Shown: piece by piece, positions 47,233 to 56,747 of the stretch
Numbering within the stretch: the first letter of the stretch is position 1
Layout: every line of letters starts with the position of its first letter
Source: Candidatus Moraniibacteriota bacterium
Lineage (GTDB): Bacteria; Patescibacteriota; Minisyncoccia; Moranbacterales; UBA2206
Reading direction: 5' to 3'
NCBI GenBank assembly: GCA_003483065.1
Contig: DMWY01000001.1
Coordinates: 72,606 to 136,605 of the forward strand
DNA: 64,000 bases
Position numbers and translations under genes: made by a program
The notes under the pieces: generated by a model
The model's input: only the letters and a program-made list of their open reading frames with translations
What the model was told of the DNA's origin: nothing
The model's database searches: none

Positions 47233-47733
47233 ATGAATCAAAAAAACATTATTGCAATTTTAGGAGTTGCTGTAGTAATTTTGCTCGGCACAACTATATA
47301 TTTTGCAACAATAAGCAATGTTAGTCAGCCAGCGCCAGTACCTGTGGTAAAACAGCCAGCAACTCCAGCTCCTATAGCGCAAACGCCAGCTACACCAGCA
47401 AATCAACAACCAGTTGCAACACAACCAACAACGACTAGTCAAAAAGTAGAAAGTAATGAAGAAATTGCAAAAAGAGTTTTGGGTTTTATTGAAGGAAAAA
47501 ATACTATCAAAATTGAAAAAACAGACGCGGATCATATTGTTGGAACAAAATGTGAAGAACCGAGCGCAGCAGACAAAGCCGCTGGCAGAGATATACCTTC
47601 CTGTGGTTATTTTTATTTAGCCAAAACAAATGGGAACTGGCAAAAAGTGCTTGAGGGAAATGGTGTAATAAAATGTAATTTATTGAAACAGTATAATTTT
47701 ACTGGTAGCATGTTAAATGGTTGTATAAATTAA
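47233..47733 (+). CDS. secreted/anchored protein with Pro/Ala/Thr/Gln-rich linker and 4-Cys C-terminal domain
   Basis: N-terminal TM/signal, PAPVPVVKQPATPAPIAQTPATPANQQP linker, C-terminal domain with four Cys. Confidence 0.5.
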   Translation: MNQKNIIAILGVAVVILLGTTIYFATISNVSQPAPVPVVKQPATPAPIAQTPATPANQQPVATQPTTTSQKVESNEEIAKRVLGFIEGKNTIKIEKTDADHIVGTKCEEPSAADKAAGRDIPSCGYFYLAKTNGNWQKVLEGNGVIKCNLLKQYNFTGSMLNGCIN

Positions 47734-47779
47734 GATTGCCAAAAATTCTTTATTTTCTAGGAAAGGAAATTTTTAGTTT

Positions 47780-47922
47780 CATCGCCTAACAAGTTGTATC
47801 AGGTTCCAGAAATTTGCCTCAATTATATTATTAAGGAGTGCAAATTTCTTCCACCCAAATTTTTGCCTTCCTTTTCTTTTTATATTACAATAAGGAAAGA
47901 AGGCAAAAACTTCTGATACAAC
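47780..47922. repeat. ~95-bp structured intergenic repeat, copy 3 (composite, bounded by a 10-bp terminal inverted repeat)
   Basis: GTTGTATCAG (47793-47802) ... CTGATACAAC (47913-47922). The interior carries one forward copy of the element plus an inverted partial copy (TTTTGCCTTCCTT / AAGGAAAGAAGGCAAAA). Confidence 0.55.
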
Positions 47923-48043
47923 TAACGTTATGTGAAATAGCCAGAAATTTCTTTTTTATTTTTTAAAATTTTTTTGGCAACTTATTTTCACGGTCGGCAT
48001 AATTTATAATACACAGGAATAATTATATTTAACTAAAATTTCT

Positions 48044-48274
48044 ATGAAAAAAATCTTGTGGATTATTGTATTGTTAATTACTATTATAATCATTGGCGTA
48101 GCTACATATTCAAAAATGCCACATTATAAAAAAATATGTTCCGATTACACCAAAAGAGAAGAATGCGTAAAAAATAGCCGTTGCGATTGGCCCGGCTCTT
48201 CTTGTGCGGTACCAGGAAAAAATTGTGGATTCACTTATGACCCTGAGAAGGATAGGTGCCTGCCAAAAAAATAA
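48044..48274 (+). CDS. small secreted Cys-rich protein (76 aa, 6 Cys)
   Basis: N-terminal TM/signal, then CSDYTKREECVKNSRCDWPGSSCAVPGKNCGFTYDPEKDRC. Confidence 0.45.
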   Translation: MKKILWIIVLLITIIIIGVATYSKMPHYKKICSDYTKREECVKNSRCDWPGSSCAVPGKNCGFTYDPEKDRCLPKK

Positions 48275-48520
48275 TAAGGGCTTTAGGTGACGGGTAAACA
48301 TCATGGTCCTCTTTCAGATAGTATTAATAAAAAGGCTCCGGTGTTCAAAGATGGACAGATACCTTGAGGTAGTGTTATATTTATTATCGGTGCTTTTTAT
48401 TTTTGGATAAGCTTATAAATTCATATCTAGTATGTTATGTTGAGATGTCGTGCAATGACGCCTTGATTTTTAGGACATCTGTAGTATACTTGAATCATAA
48501 ACAATTAGGCACTAAGCATT

Positions 48521-48841
48521 ATGATTCCAATTGCATTCTTGCGACAATTTCGCTTAGGTGATTATGCCATTTTTGATTTCGCCGTGTCACTCTTAGGATT
48601 CTATCTGCTCTCCCCTCTTTTATCAAAAATATTTTTGAAACTTCGAATTGATATCCCGCGTCAAAATTGGCTTTATTTAACTTTACCAATTGGCGTTGCC
48701 ACCCATTTGATTTTTGGAAAGATTACCCCTCTAACGCGAGATTTTATCGATATCCAAGGTCACTACATTGTGAAAATAGTGATTATAGCCTTACTACTAA
48801 TTGGACTAAATGATATTAAGATAGTTAAGAAAAAAATATGA
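48521..48841 (+). CDS. membrane protein (3 TM), unknown function
   Basis: Hydrophobic helices only. Confidence 0.4.
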   Translation: MIPIAFLRQFRLGDYAIFDFAVSLLGFYLLSPLLSKIFLKLRIDIPRQNWLYLTLPIGVATHLIFGKITPLTRDFIDIQGHYIVKIVIIALLLIGLNDIKIVKKKI

Positions 48842-49050
48842 ACAAAACAAAAGTGCAAGGAATCGCTATGATTGCTTTGGCGGTTATTCTAATTGCTATT
48901 ATAATCGCCTACACTACTATTTTTTCTGTCTTTGGTGTTAAATCTGGCGGATCAATATTGATGCTTCTTCCACTGATAATAATCGCCATCCTTTTGATTG
49001 TTGGCTTGTCTTTTCTTTTTCGCGCTGGAATTAGAAAAATGAAAAACTAA
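48838..49050 (+). CDS. small two-TM membrane protein
   Basis: 70 aa with two hydrophobic helices. Overlaps the previous gene by 4 nt (ATGA). Confidence 0.4.
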   Translation: MNKTKVQGIAMIALAVILIAIIIAYTTIFSVFGVKSGGSILMLLPLIIIAILLIVGLSFLFRAGIRKMKN

Positions 49051-50693
49051 ATTCCACCTACTCCATTCACATTATCCCCTAAGACAATATTTTCTTTTCG
49101 AAAAATCCTCTTTATGAGGGATTTTTTGAAATTAACAAATTCTTCCAGTTTCACCAAATGACAAACTAAAAGAAAAACTAAAGCGCCCAGCATTGAAGCG
49201 ATGAAAAGTTGCGAAAAAACTCCGACGAAAGTATCTAGATTAACAAAATTTACAACTAAATATTTTGAACCTTGAATTGTTGCTCCACTAAAAAAAGTAG
49301 CCAGTGCTATTTTTCCAATAGATGTGATAATTTTTTTGTCGTCCAAATTATCATATTTCGCTCGCAAAAAAAACAACAGCAGAAACATCTGCACAATGGC
49401 AGAAAGTGAAAAAGCTATCGCCAAGCTAAGAATTTTATATTTTTCAATTAAAAGTACCACCGCTAAAATATTAACTGTCTCTGTAGCAATTGCCACATAA
49501 AACGGTGTCTTAGTATTATGCATCGCATAAAAAGCACGCGCGAGGAGTGGAACAAGACATTGCGCAAACAAACTTAGAGAAAAAATTCCAAGACACTGAA
49601 AAGTAAGCACGGTATCCTCCCAATCAAATTTTCCAGCGCCCAAAACAACTCGCACGATTTGCGCACGAAGAAGCAAGATAAAAACACTCATTGGGATTAT
49701 AAAAAAAAGAATTTGACGAAAAGTTTCTGAAAAAGTTTTCACAAAATTTTCTTTGTCATTTTTAGAATGCAACATTGAGAGGTTAGGAAAAACTGCAAGC
49801 GCAAAAGACACCCCGATTATCCCAAGCGGGACAGCTTGTAGATTTTGCGCAAAACTAAAAATTGCAAGCGACCCAGACGCTAAAAGTGAAGCAAAAATTG
49901 TAATTATGAAAAGATTAATTTGATTTATAGCAATGCCTAGCGTACGAGGGATCATTAGGCGAAAAACTTTTCGCACCTCCTTATTGGAAAGGTGAATCAT
50001 AAATGACCAACTGTGTTTGAAGCCTAATTGGCGAGCGGCTGGATATTGGGTGAGTATATGCAAAAATGCCCCCAGCACTACTCCCCAGGCCAAACCAATT
50101 GGACCCCAAAATCTCACAAAAACCAAAATTCCAAAAATTATTCCTAAGTTATAAAATATCGGCGCCAATGAATAAATGAAAAATCTTTTGAAAGAAGTGA
50201 GGATGCCACCAAAAATTCCACTAATTCCTAAAAACAATGGACTAAGAAACATAATCCGCGTGAAAAGCACTACTGTATCCATTTTTTCCGCAGAAAATCC
50301 CGGAGTAATTATTTCCATTAATTCTTTTGAAAAAATACAAAGCAAAATTGAAAGTAGGATAATAAAACCCATTGCCAAATTCATTATCCCACTAGCTAAT
50401 TCCCAGGCCTCTTTTTCTTTTTCATTGCTAATTAGTCCCGTGAAAACTGGAATGAAAGCCGCACTGAGCGCCCCTAAAATCAATAGGTTATAAATCAGAT
50501 CTGGAATACGAAAAGCGGCATAATAGATATCGAGCGTATCACCCGCACCAAAAGTTGAAGCCAAAAGACGATCACGAAAAAGACCCATAATGCGACTGGC
50601 GAGTCCTGCAATCGTAATCAAAAAAGCCGCGCTAACGACGGACGAAGAGACATGAGAATTTAAAAAAGTCTTATTTATAATTTTTTTGATCAT
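49047..50693 (-). CDS. murJ: lipid II flippase MurJ/MviN-family (MOP superfamily) membrane protein
   Basis: 14 TM helices. N-terminal LASRIMGLFRDRLLASTFGAGDTLDIYYAAFRIPDLIYNLL matches the MurJ signature. Confidence 0.75.
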   Translation of the reverse strand: MIKKIINKTFLNSHVSSSVVSAAFLITIAGLASRIMGLFRDRLLASTFGAGDTLDIYYAAFRIPDLIYNLLILGALSAAFIPVFTGLISNEKEKEAWELASGIMNLAMGFIILLSILLCIFSKELMEIITPGFSAEKMDTVVLFTRIMFLSPLFLGISGIFGGILTSFKRFFIYSLAPIFYNLGIIFGILVFVRFWGPIGLAWGVVLGAFLHILTQYPAARQLGFKHSWSFMIHLSNKEVRKVFRLMIPRTLGIAINQINLFIITIFASLLASGSLAIFSFAQNLQAVPLGIIGVSFALAVFPNLSMLHSKNDKENFVKTFSETFRQILFFIIPMSVFILLLRAQIVRVVLGAGKFDWEDTVLTFQCLGIFSLSLFAQCLVPLLARAFYAMHNTKTPFYVAIATETVNILAVVLLIEKYKILSLAIAFSLSAIVQMFLLLFFLRAKYDNLDDKKIITSIGKIALATFFSGATIQGSKYLVVNFVNLDTFVGVFSQLFIASMLGALVFLLVCHLVKLEEFVNFKKSLIKRIFRKENIVLGDNVNGVGGI

Positions 50694-50694
50694 G

Positions 50695-53169
50695 CTAATT
50701 TTTGCTAAAAGCTACACCTAAAAATTTATCAGTAATTAGTTCTGTTTCCATCTTAATCCCCTCTTGACCACTTGGCAAATTGCCAATTTTTGAAATTTCA
50801 TTTTCTGGGTATTGCCAAGAAATTCCATAGTATTTTGGATAAATAACACTTGAACTAAGTTTGCTTCCAATACTACCAGATTGTTTTTGCGCTAAGAGCG
50901 AATAGGTGCTAGTTGGGTGAGTTAGATCAAAATCAATCTTAAACGGTAATGCATAAGTATATTTAATTGTCACGGTTTCTTTAGGGCTAACATACACCCA
51001 GTTAGCAAAAACTGTTTTTCCGCTGTCAACATAGATTCTCGTCCCACTTTTTTCATCAATCATCATACTATTTTCTTCCATTTGCACTTGCGGGTCTCGC
51101 TTAAAATTCAAAGCGCTATAATCAAGGGGTGGCGAATTAAATTCTCTCGTTTGTCCCTCGGCGCTTATGAGTTTTGCGCCCTCTGGCACATAGACGCGCA
51201 TATAATCAGCATTGACCTTATTCCACCAATCATAGGCAGTGTCCCCTCCATTATGTTTTCTTGTAATTGTCACGGTGTCGATGATTGTTCCGTCTGGCTC
51301 GATATTTGCTTGGTGAATAATGTTTTCTGAAATTACTCCATCGGTTTTGAAGCCATTGATGTTGGAATTTATCACGCTCAAATAATCTTTGGGTGTATCC
51401 AAAATTTCTCCCGACCAACCATTTTCTGATAATACTTTTTCAATTTCAAAATTTTTAGAATAAATTAGAATTTGTTTTTCGTTTAAACTTTCTAGGAGTA
51501 CATTGGCTGTTTTGGAAAAATCAGAAAAATTTTTGGAGTTAAATATTTTGTCTAAAATTTTTGGCGCGAGATCAGCCAAAATTTTCTTTGGTTGATTCAA
51601 TTCTTTGTCATAATCAACTTCTACTTCATATTGAATTTTTTCCACAAAATTATCCTTATCTACCGTAACGTCATATTCGGGCATTTCAATTGGTCCCGTA
51701 ATTTCCAATAATTTCTGCATCACTGTTGGCGTCATAGTGATCACTCCATCCACTGTTGGTCCGCCCGTTTTTTCATAAAAAGAAGAAGCCTTCTCGGCTG
51801 ACACAGGGAAATCTGGAAACCAATTACTGTCATGCAAACTCCAAGCAGCGCTAATTTTTTGAATTGGAATTGGCGGAACAATTTTTTCCTTGAGTTGTCC
51901 ATCTGGATTGAAAATTCCATCGATGAAAAAATTTCGAACGCGTCCATTGAAAATATCGAGTAGTGCATAACTTCCCACAAAACCGCCTGTCGCGCGCATT
52001 TCTTGATTGTTTTGAAAGAGAAACAGATATTTTCTTGGTCCATTTCCGCCTAGAATATCCGAGAAAATTCTTTCTCCGCCTAAAAATTTGGCCAAAATAT
52101 TGTTTATGACTGGCAATTGTTTTTTGGCGCGAGTAAATTCTTCTCTATTTTCCTTAGGAATGTCATCCAAACTTACACTGTCTAATGATTCTTGCGCCGA
52201 AGAAAGCAACACGGAAATTTGTTTCAACTTAGCTTCATTATCTTTGAATAATTCCAAATAGGATATATTTTCGCCTTGATCTTTTTCATTTTTTATATCA
52301 TCCGCCGTTTTCAAAACCTGTGAAATAATTTTTCCGGCCTCGGAAATATCTTCTCCTGCTTTAATTATGTTGCTACCTGAAGAAACTTTTGAAAGAAAAG
52401 GAATGTATTTGGTAAAATCAGCTAGCGTTCCACCGATAATTCCCAAATCTCCAGAAACCTGAGTTAATTTTTCATTAGCGTCGCTAAATTTGATATAGGA
52501 TTTTTCAAAATTTCCATTCTTTATTTCATCTTTAGCCGAGGCAAGTTCCGCCATTGCTAATTGTCCCTTAGCTAAACCGCCGTTTTTCATCTTAAGTGCG
52601 CTATTTGCTACCACAAAAAGAAATACTGCTATTGCGCCAACCAAAGAAATTTTTGTGAAAAAAATTAAATTGCTCTTAAGCGCTTCATTGACAGAAATTC
52701 CTAAATTATCAAAAATCTTTTTTCTCTTCTTTTTCTTTTTAATATGTCTTGGAGCGGTTTGCGATACTGGCTCACTTGTATACTCTTCTTTTGTTTCTGA
52801 TTCTTTTACAAACAAATCATCTGTTTGTCGATCATGCTTAAATTCTACCGAAATATTTTTCACATTATCAATATCCGCTCCATTTATCGCAATTGTTCTT
52901 TTCTTTTTTCTTTCCATTTCCTTCTCCTCTTGAATCATTGCGTGAAATCTTTTGAGTTCATCTTCAAAAACATTTGGCTTTCTCAAATCTTCCATCGGAA
53001 TTATTTTCTTTGAAGTTAAATGTTCCCAAGCGGCCAGGTCTTGCTCTTTCTCATAAATTTGCACAATTTTTTCCAGCTTTTCAATTTTTTCCAAATCCAA
53101 ATTGCCCGCCTTGTCAGTCGGTCTAACATCAAACATTTGTGATAGTATTTGTTTTTTATTTTGCGCCAT
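50695..53169 (-). CDS. large DUF4012-like protein (cytoplasmic N-terminal region, TM, extracytoplasmic DUF4012-like domain)
   Basis: RATGGFVGSYA motif and collinearity with 20124-21509. Lys-rich cytoplasmic N-terminus (KKKKKRKK), single TM. Confidence 0.55.
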   Translation of the reverse strand: MAQNKKQILSQMFDVRPTDKAGNLDLEKIEKLEKIVQIYEKEQDLAAWEHLTSKKIIPMEDLRKPNVFEDELKRFHAMIQEEKEMERKKKRTIAINGADIDNVKNISVEFKHDRQTDDLFVKESETKEEYTSEPVSQTAPRHIKKKKKRKKIFDNLGISVNEALKSNLIFFTKISLVGAIAVFLFVVANSALKMKNGGLAKGQLAMAELASAKDEIKNGNFEKSYIKFSDANEKLTQVSGDLGIIGGTLADFTKYIPFLSKVSSGSNIIKAGEDISEAGKIISQVLKTADDIKNEKDQGENISYLELFKDNEAKLKQISVLLSSAQESLDSVSLDDIPKENREEFTRAKKQLPVINNILAKFLGGERIFSDILGGNGPRKYLFLFQNNQEMRATGGFVGSYALLDIFNGRVRNFFIDGIFNPDGQLKEKIVPPIPIQKISAAWSLHDSNWFPDFPVSAEKASSFYEKTGGPTVDGVITMTPTVMQKLLEITGPIEMPEYDVTVDKDNFVEKIQYEVEVDYDKELNQPKKILADLAPKILDKIFNSKNFSDFSKTANVLLESLNEKQILIYSKNFEIEKVLSENGWSGEILDTPKDYLSVINSNINGFKTDGVISENIIHQANIEPDGTIIDTVTITRKHNGGDTAYDWWNKVNADYMRVYVPEGAKLISAEGQTREFNSPPLDYSALNFKRDPQVQMEENSMMIDEKSGTRIYVDSGKTVFANWVYVSPKETVTIKYTYALPFKIDFDLTHPTSTYSLLAQKQSGSIGSKLSSSVIYPKYYGISWQYPENEISKIGNLPSGQEGIKMETELITDKFLGVAFSKN

Positions 53170-54283
53170 TTTGATATATCTCTAAAGTTTTTTGCGCCAT
53201 TTTTTTCCAGCTATATTTTTTTGCTTGCTCATACCCCTTTCTTATGAGTTCCTTTTTGATATTTTCATCTTTTAAAACAATTCGTATAGCTTTTGATATA
53301 TCGGAAATATCTTCTCCGTTAAAATAATAAGCACTGTCTTCTAGTATTTCCCTGGAACATTCATAATCAGCTGTGATGACTGGAACGCCTCTTGTCATCG
53401 CTTCTAAGGCTGGAAGTTCAAAGCCTTCATGCAAGGATGGTCGAATATAGGCCAGAGAATTTCTAAAAACCGCGTCTAAATCATAGTCAGGAACAAAACC
53501 AGCAAAAATAACATTTTCAATTTTTTCCCTAGATACAAGCTCTTGTAGTCTTCGATAAAAATAATCTTCCCCGCCCACAAAAACTAATTTTAATTGTGGA
53601 AATTCTTCTTCTAAATTCTTCATTGCTAAGATAAGTCGCTCTGGATTTTTATGCGGATAAACATTTCCAACATACAAAACGTATGGTTTTATTATACCAT
53701 ACAATTTTGTTAAGTCATCACATTTTTTAGGATTAAAAAAACAAAAGTCATCACAAGCCTCATAGGTTACTGATATTTTTTCATTTGGAATTTTTGGATA
53801 TTTTTTTAATATATCGTTTTTGGTAAAATTTGATACTCCAATAATTTTCAAGGAACGAAAAATAGCCGAGCTAATAACCATTTTGTAGGCTAAAAATTTA
53901 AACCAATAAAGTATCGGGGAAAGGGTTGAGCTTCTAATGGTTGGAAAATGAAGAATAATAAGATCATGAATAGTGACAATGAATTTTCCAAAATATAATA
54001 ACGGCACATTAAAATGAGGGAAATGAACTAGGTCGAGTTTGTATTTATAAAGAATAAACGGCATTCTTATTTGTTCGGCAAATGTATACCAACGAAAATT
54101 TGCCAACACTTTTTGAAAATTTGTATTTTTTGGTTGGTATTCATCAAAATTCTCTTTTTTAAGAAAAATAAAATACTGGTTGACATTATCAACCTTTTCT
54201 AAATTTTCTATTAATTTTTGAGTGTATCGCCCTAATCCTTTGCCAATCGGTCCAAAAAATCGAGCGTCGATGCCAATTCTCAT
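53156..54283 (-). CDS. glycosyltransferase family 4
   Basis: EGFELPALEAMTRGVPVI GT4 signature. Confidence 0.85.
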   Translation of the reverse strand: MRIGIDARFFGPIGKGLGRYTQKLIENLEKVDNVNQYFIFLKKENFDEYQPKNTNFQKVLANFRWYTFAEQIRMPFILYKYKLDLVHFPHFNVPLLYFGKFIVTIHDLIILHFPTIRSSTLSPILYWFKFLAYKMVISSAIFRSLKIIGVSNFTKNDILKKYPKIPNEKISVTYEACDDFCFFNPKKCDDLTKLYGIIKPYVLYVGNVYPHKNPERLILAMKNLEEEFPQLKLVFVGGEDYFYRRLQELVSREKIENVIFAGFVPDYDLDAVFRNSLAYIRPSLHEGFELPALEAMTRGVPVITADYECSREILEDSAYYFNGEDISDISKAIRIVLKDENIKKELIRKGYEQAKKYSWKKMAQKTLEIYQNGAK

Positions 54284-54287
54284 AAAT

Positions 54288-54330
54288 TACGAATTACTAA
54301 TCTTGTACGAATGTACGAATAATTACTTAC
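54288..54330. repeat. TACGAAT heptamer array
   Basis: TACGAAT at 54288, 54306 and 54314 plus TACTAAT, immediately upstream of the GT4 start at 54283. Confidence 0.55.
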
Positions 54331-54409
54331 GTTTAAAAAATCAGGCGACTTGTGTAATTCTTAATAAAATTATACCACAAAAACACTCACAAAGATACTT
54401 AAGATAAAG

Positions 54410-55546
54410 CTATTCCTGAAATATTTTCAAAGTTTTTTGGGCGGTTTTTTTCCAGTCAAATTCTTTCGATTTTTCCAAACCTTTCTTGACCAATTCACTT
54501 CTTAATTTGGAATTTTCTAAAATTTCTTTCATGGCCAGAAGAATTTCCTCTGGTTTATCTGGATCAATCAAAAATCCAGCGTCTCCCACTATTTCCGGCA
54601 ATGAAGAATTATTCGAAACAATCACTGGTACCCCACATTTCATGGCTTCTAGTGGTGGAAAGCCAAAGCCTTCAAAAAATGACGGGTAAATAAAAAGTGA
54701 AGCCAAGTTATATAGATAAACCTTGTCTTCATCTGGCACACAATTTATTATTTGAATTTTTTCCCGAAAGGGTGAATTGGCAATTTCCCGATCTATTTCT
54801 TCATTCATCCAGCCTTTTTCTCCAGCGATAACTAAATTGTATTCACTGCCATTTTTTTGCAATAAATTAAAAGCACGAACAATCCCTATGATATTTTTTC
54901 TAGGTTCAATGGTGCCAAAAAATAGAATGAATTTATATGGTAAATTATATTTCTCTTTAATCTTAACTAATTTTTCATTATTTCGATCAATGATGCAAAA
55001 ATTGTCCGCCACGGCACTCAAAATAACCACTATTTTTTCCGGTTTAATTTTATACACCCTAACCAAATCATCCTTAGTTGACTGCGAAACTGCAATTATC
55101 TTATCTGCGGTTTGGCAAATTTTTTTCGGATTAATGAAAATATGCCACCATTTTCTTTTCCAAGAAAAATATTCACTATGACGCACAAAAGAAAGATCGT
55201 GAATTGTGATAACAGATTTTGTTTTTGCGCTCACGTTGCCGAAAATAATATTGGGCGAAAAAACCAAATCTGCGCCTCCGACCAAATGATCGATTTTTGG
55301 CCAGCTAAAATACCAAAACATTAGATTTAGAATTTTATTAGGAAAGCGAAATTTTTTCACACTTACATTAGGATATTTTTCTAGCCAAGAAAAATCGAGC
55401 TTGGTTTTTTTCCAAGAATTCAAAAAAAGAACATATTTGTTCTTTTTATCAATAGAAAAAAGATTATCGAGAAGATAGCGCGTATATTCTTCGACTCCCG
55501 TTCTCCTTCCTTCAGCTAAGCATCTAATGTCAATACAAATTTTCAT
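54410..55546 (-). CDS. glycosyltransferase family 4
   Basis: EGFGFPPLEAMKCGVPVI GT4 signature. Confidence 0.85.
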   Translation of the reverse strand: MKICIDIRCLAEGRRTGVEEYTRYLLDNLFSIDKKNKYVLFLNSWKKTKLDFSWLEKYPNVSVKKFRFPNKILNLMFWYFSWPKIDHLVGGADLVFSPNIIFGNVSAKTKSVITIHDLSFVRHSEYFSWKRKWWHIFINPKKICQTADKIIAVSQSTKDDLVRVYKIKPEKIVVILSAVADNFCIIDRNNEKLVKIKEKYNLPYKFILFFGTIEPRKNIIGIVRAFNLLQKNGSEYNLVIAGEKGWMNEEIDREIANSPFREKIQIINCVPDEDKVYLYNLASLFIYPSFFEGFGFPPLEAMKCGVPVIVSNNSSLPEIVGDAGFLIDPDKPEEILLAMKEILENSKLRSELVKKGLEKSKEFDWKKTAQKTLKIFQE

Positions 55547-55551
55547 GTTTT

Positions 55552-56655
55552 TTATTTAACAAGGCGAAATTCCTTCCATTCCTTATCAATATATTCCTTT
55601 ATTCTAGCCTTAAATATCTCTTTGTCAAATTTAAAAACTCTTTGCCTGATATAATCCGGGTCATAATCAGAATTTTTGAATTTTCTAACTGCTTCAATTA
55701 AATCCTCAGCTGTTTGATGCGCAAAAAACACTCCTGTTTTCCCTTCTTCCATATGTTCAAGAATGTCGCCACCATCATAGGCAATAAGCGGTGTGCCTGA
55801 AGCCATAGCCTCAATAGCAGTAAGTCCAAAATCTTCTTCTTGTGGAAAGATAAACGCTTGGCAACGAGAAAAATATTTTTGCAATTCTTCGTCGCTAACT
55901 CGTCCAAGAATTTTAATATTTGGCCCAGCCATTTTTTTAAGTCTTTCCATTTCTGGTCCACGCCCAAGAATTCTAAGTGGTAATCCTAATTTATTGAAAG
56001 CTTCGATAGCAATATCAAAACGTTTATACGCCATCAAACGCCCGGCAATCAAAAAATAATCATCTTTTTCGCGACTAATTTTGAAATTATTAACATTCAC
56101 CGGCGGATTTATCACAACACTTCCTCGTCTGAAATATTTTTTTATCCGGCGCGAAACAAAAAAAGAATTAGCAATTATTTTATCCGGTCGTTCGGCGCTT
56201 ACTCGATCCCAAATCCGAATATAATTCATAAAAAATGGCACGAGCTTTTTGATAAAATTAGGAAAATAAAAATCGCGATTGTATTTTTGGCAATCATCCC
56301 AAGCAAAACGCATTGGCGTGTGCATATAACAAATATGCAAAGTTTTTGGCCCCGTAATTATGCCTTTGGCAAAACTAGAAGAATCAGATAATACAATATC
56401 ATAATCAGAAAAATCAAATTGTTCAATGGCAAAAGGCATAAATTGCGGAAAAATTCGATGCCTTCCCACCGCAAAAGGGATTTTTTGCAAAAAAGAAGTC
56501 TTGATTTTTTTGTCCGCAAAACTGCCATGCATCAGTTTTTTGCTATAAACAAGGGTGTATATTGGCGCATAGGGAAAAAGCTCACAAAAAGCTTCTAGCA
56601 CTTTTTCCGCTCCCCCATTTTGAACAAGATAATCGTGGACTAAAGCAATCTTCAT
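55552..56655 (-). CDS. glycosyltransferase family 4
   Basis: EDFGLTAIEAMASGTPLIA GT4 signature. Confidence 0.85.
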   Translation of the reverse strand: MKIALVHDYLVQNGGAEKVLEAFCELFPYAPIYTLVYSKKLMHGSFADKKIKTSFLQKIPFAVGRHRIFPQFMPFAIEQFDFSDYDIVLSDSSSFAKGIITGPKTLHICYMHTPMRFAWDDCQKYNRDFYFPNFIKKLVPFFMNYIRIWDRVSAERPDKIIANSFFVSRRIKKYFRRGSVVINPPVNVNNFKISREKDDYFLIAGRLMAYKRFDIAIEAFNKLGLPLRILGRGPEMERLKKMAGPNIKILGRVSDEELQKYFSRCQAFIFPQEEDFGLTAIEAMASGTPLIAYDGGDILEHMEEGKTGVFFAHQTAEDLIEAVRKFKNSDYDPDYIRQRVFKFDKEIFKARIKEYIDKEWKEFRLVK

Positions 56656-56747
56656 TTTAGCATATTAGCATTTTAGCATATTAGCATCAGTATTATACGC
56701 ATTTTATTTTTGTTAAAATGTTAATAAGCTAATATGTTAAAATGATC
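56656..56747 (-). promoter_or_regulatory. ATGCTAA heptamer array / tandem extended -10-like elements abutting the GT4 start codon
   Basis: The minus strand reads ...TATAATACTG ATGCTAATATGCTAAAATGCTAATATGCTAAAATG|AAG. A 14-mer unit (TGCTAATATGCTAAAA) is repeated twice, and the opposite-orientation motif TTTTTGTTAAAATGTTAA is also present. Confidence 0.45.

Noticed and set aside
44193-48520. Integron (intI + attC cassette array) interpretation
   Set aside because: The recombinase is too short for IntI and lacks its extra domain. The ~95-bp repeats lack RYYYAAC/GTTRRRY core sites and sit upstream rather than downstream of ORFs.
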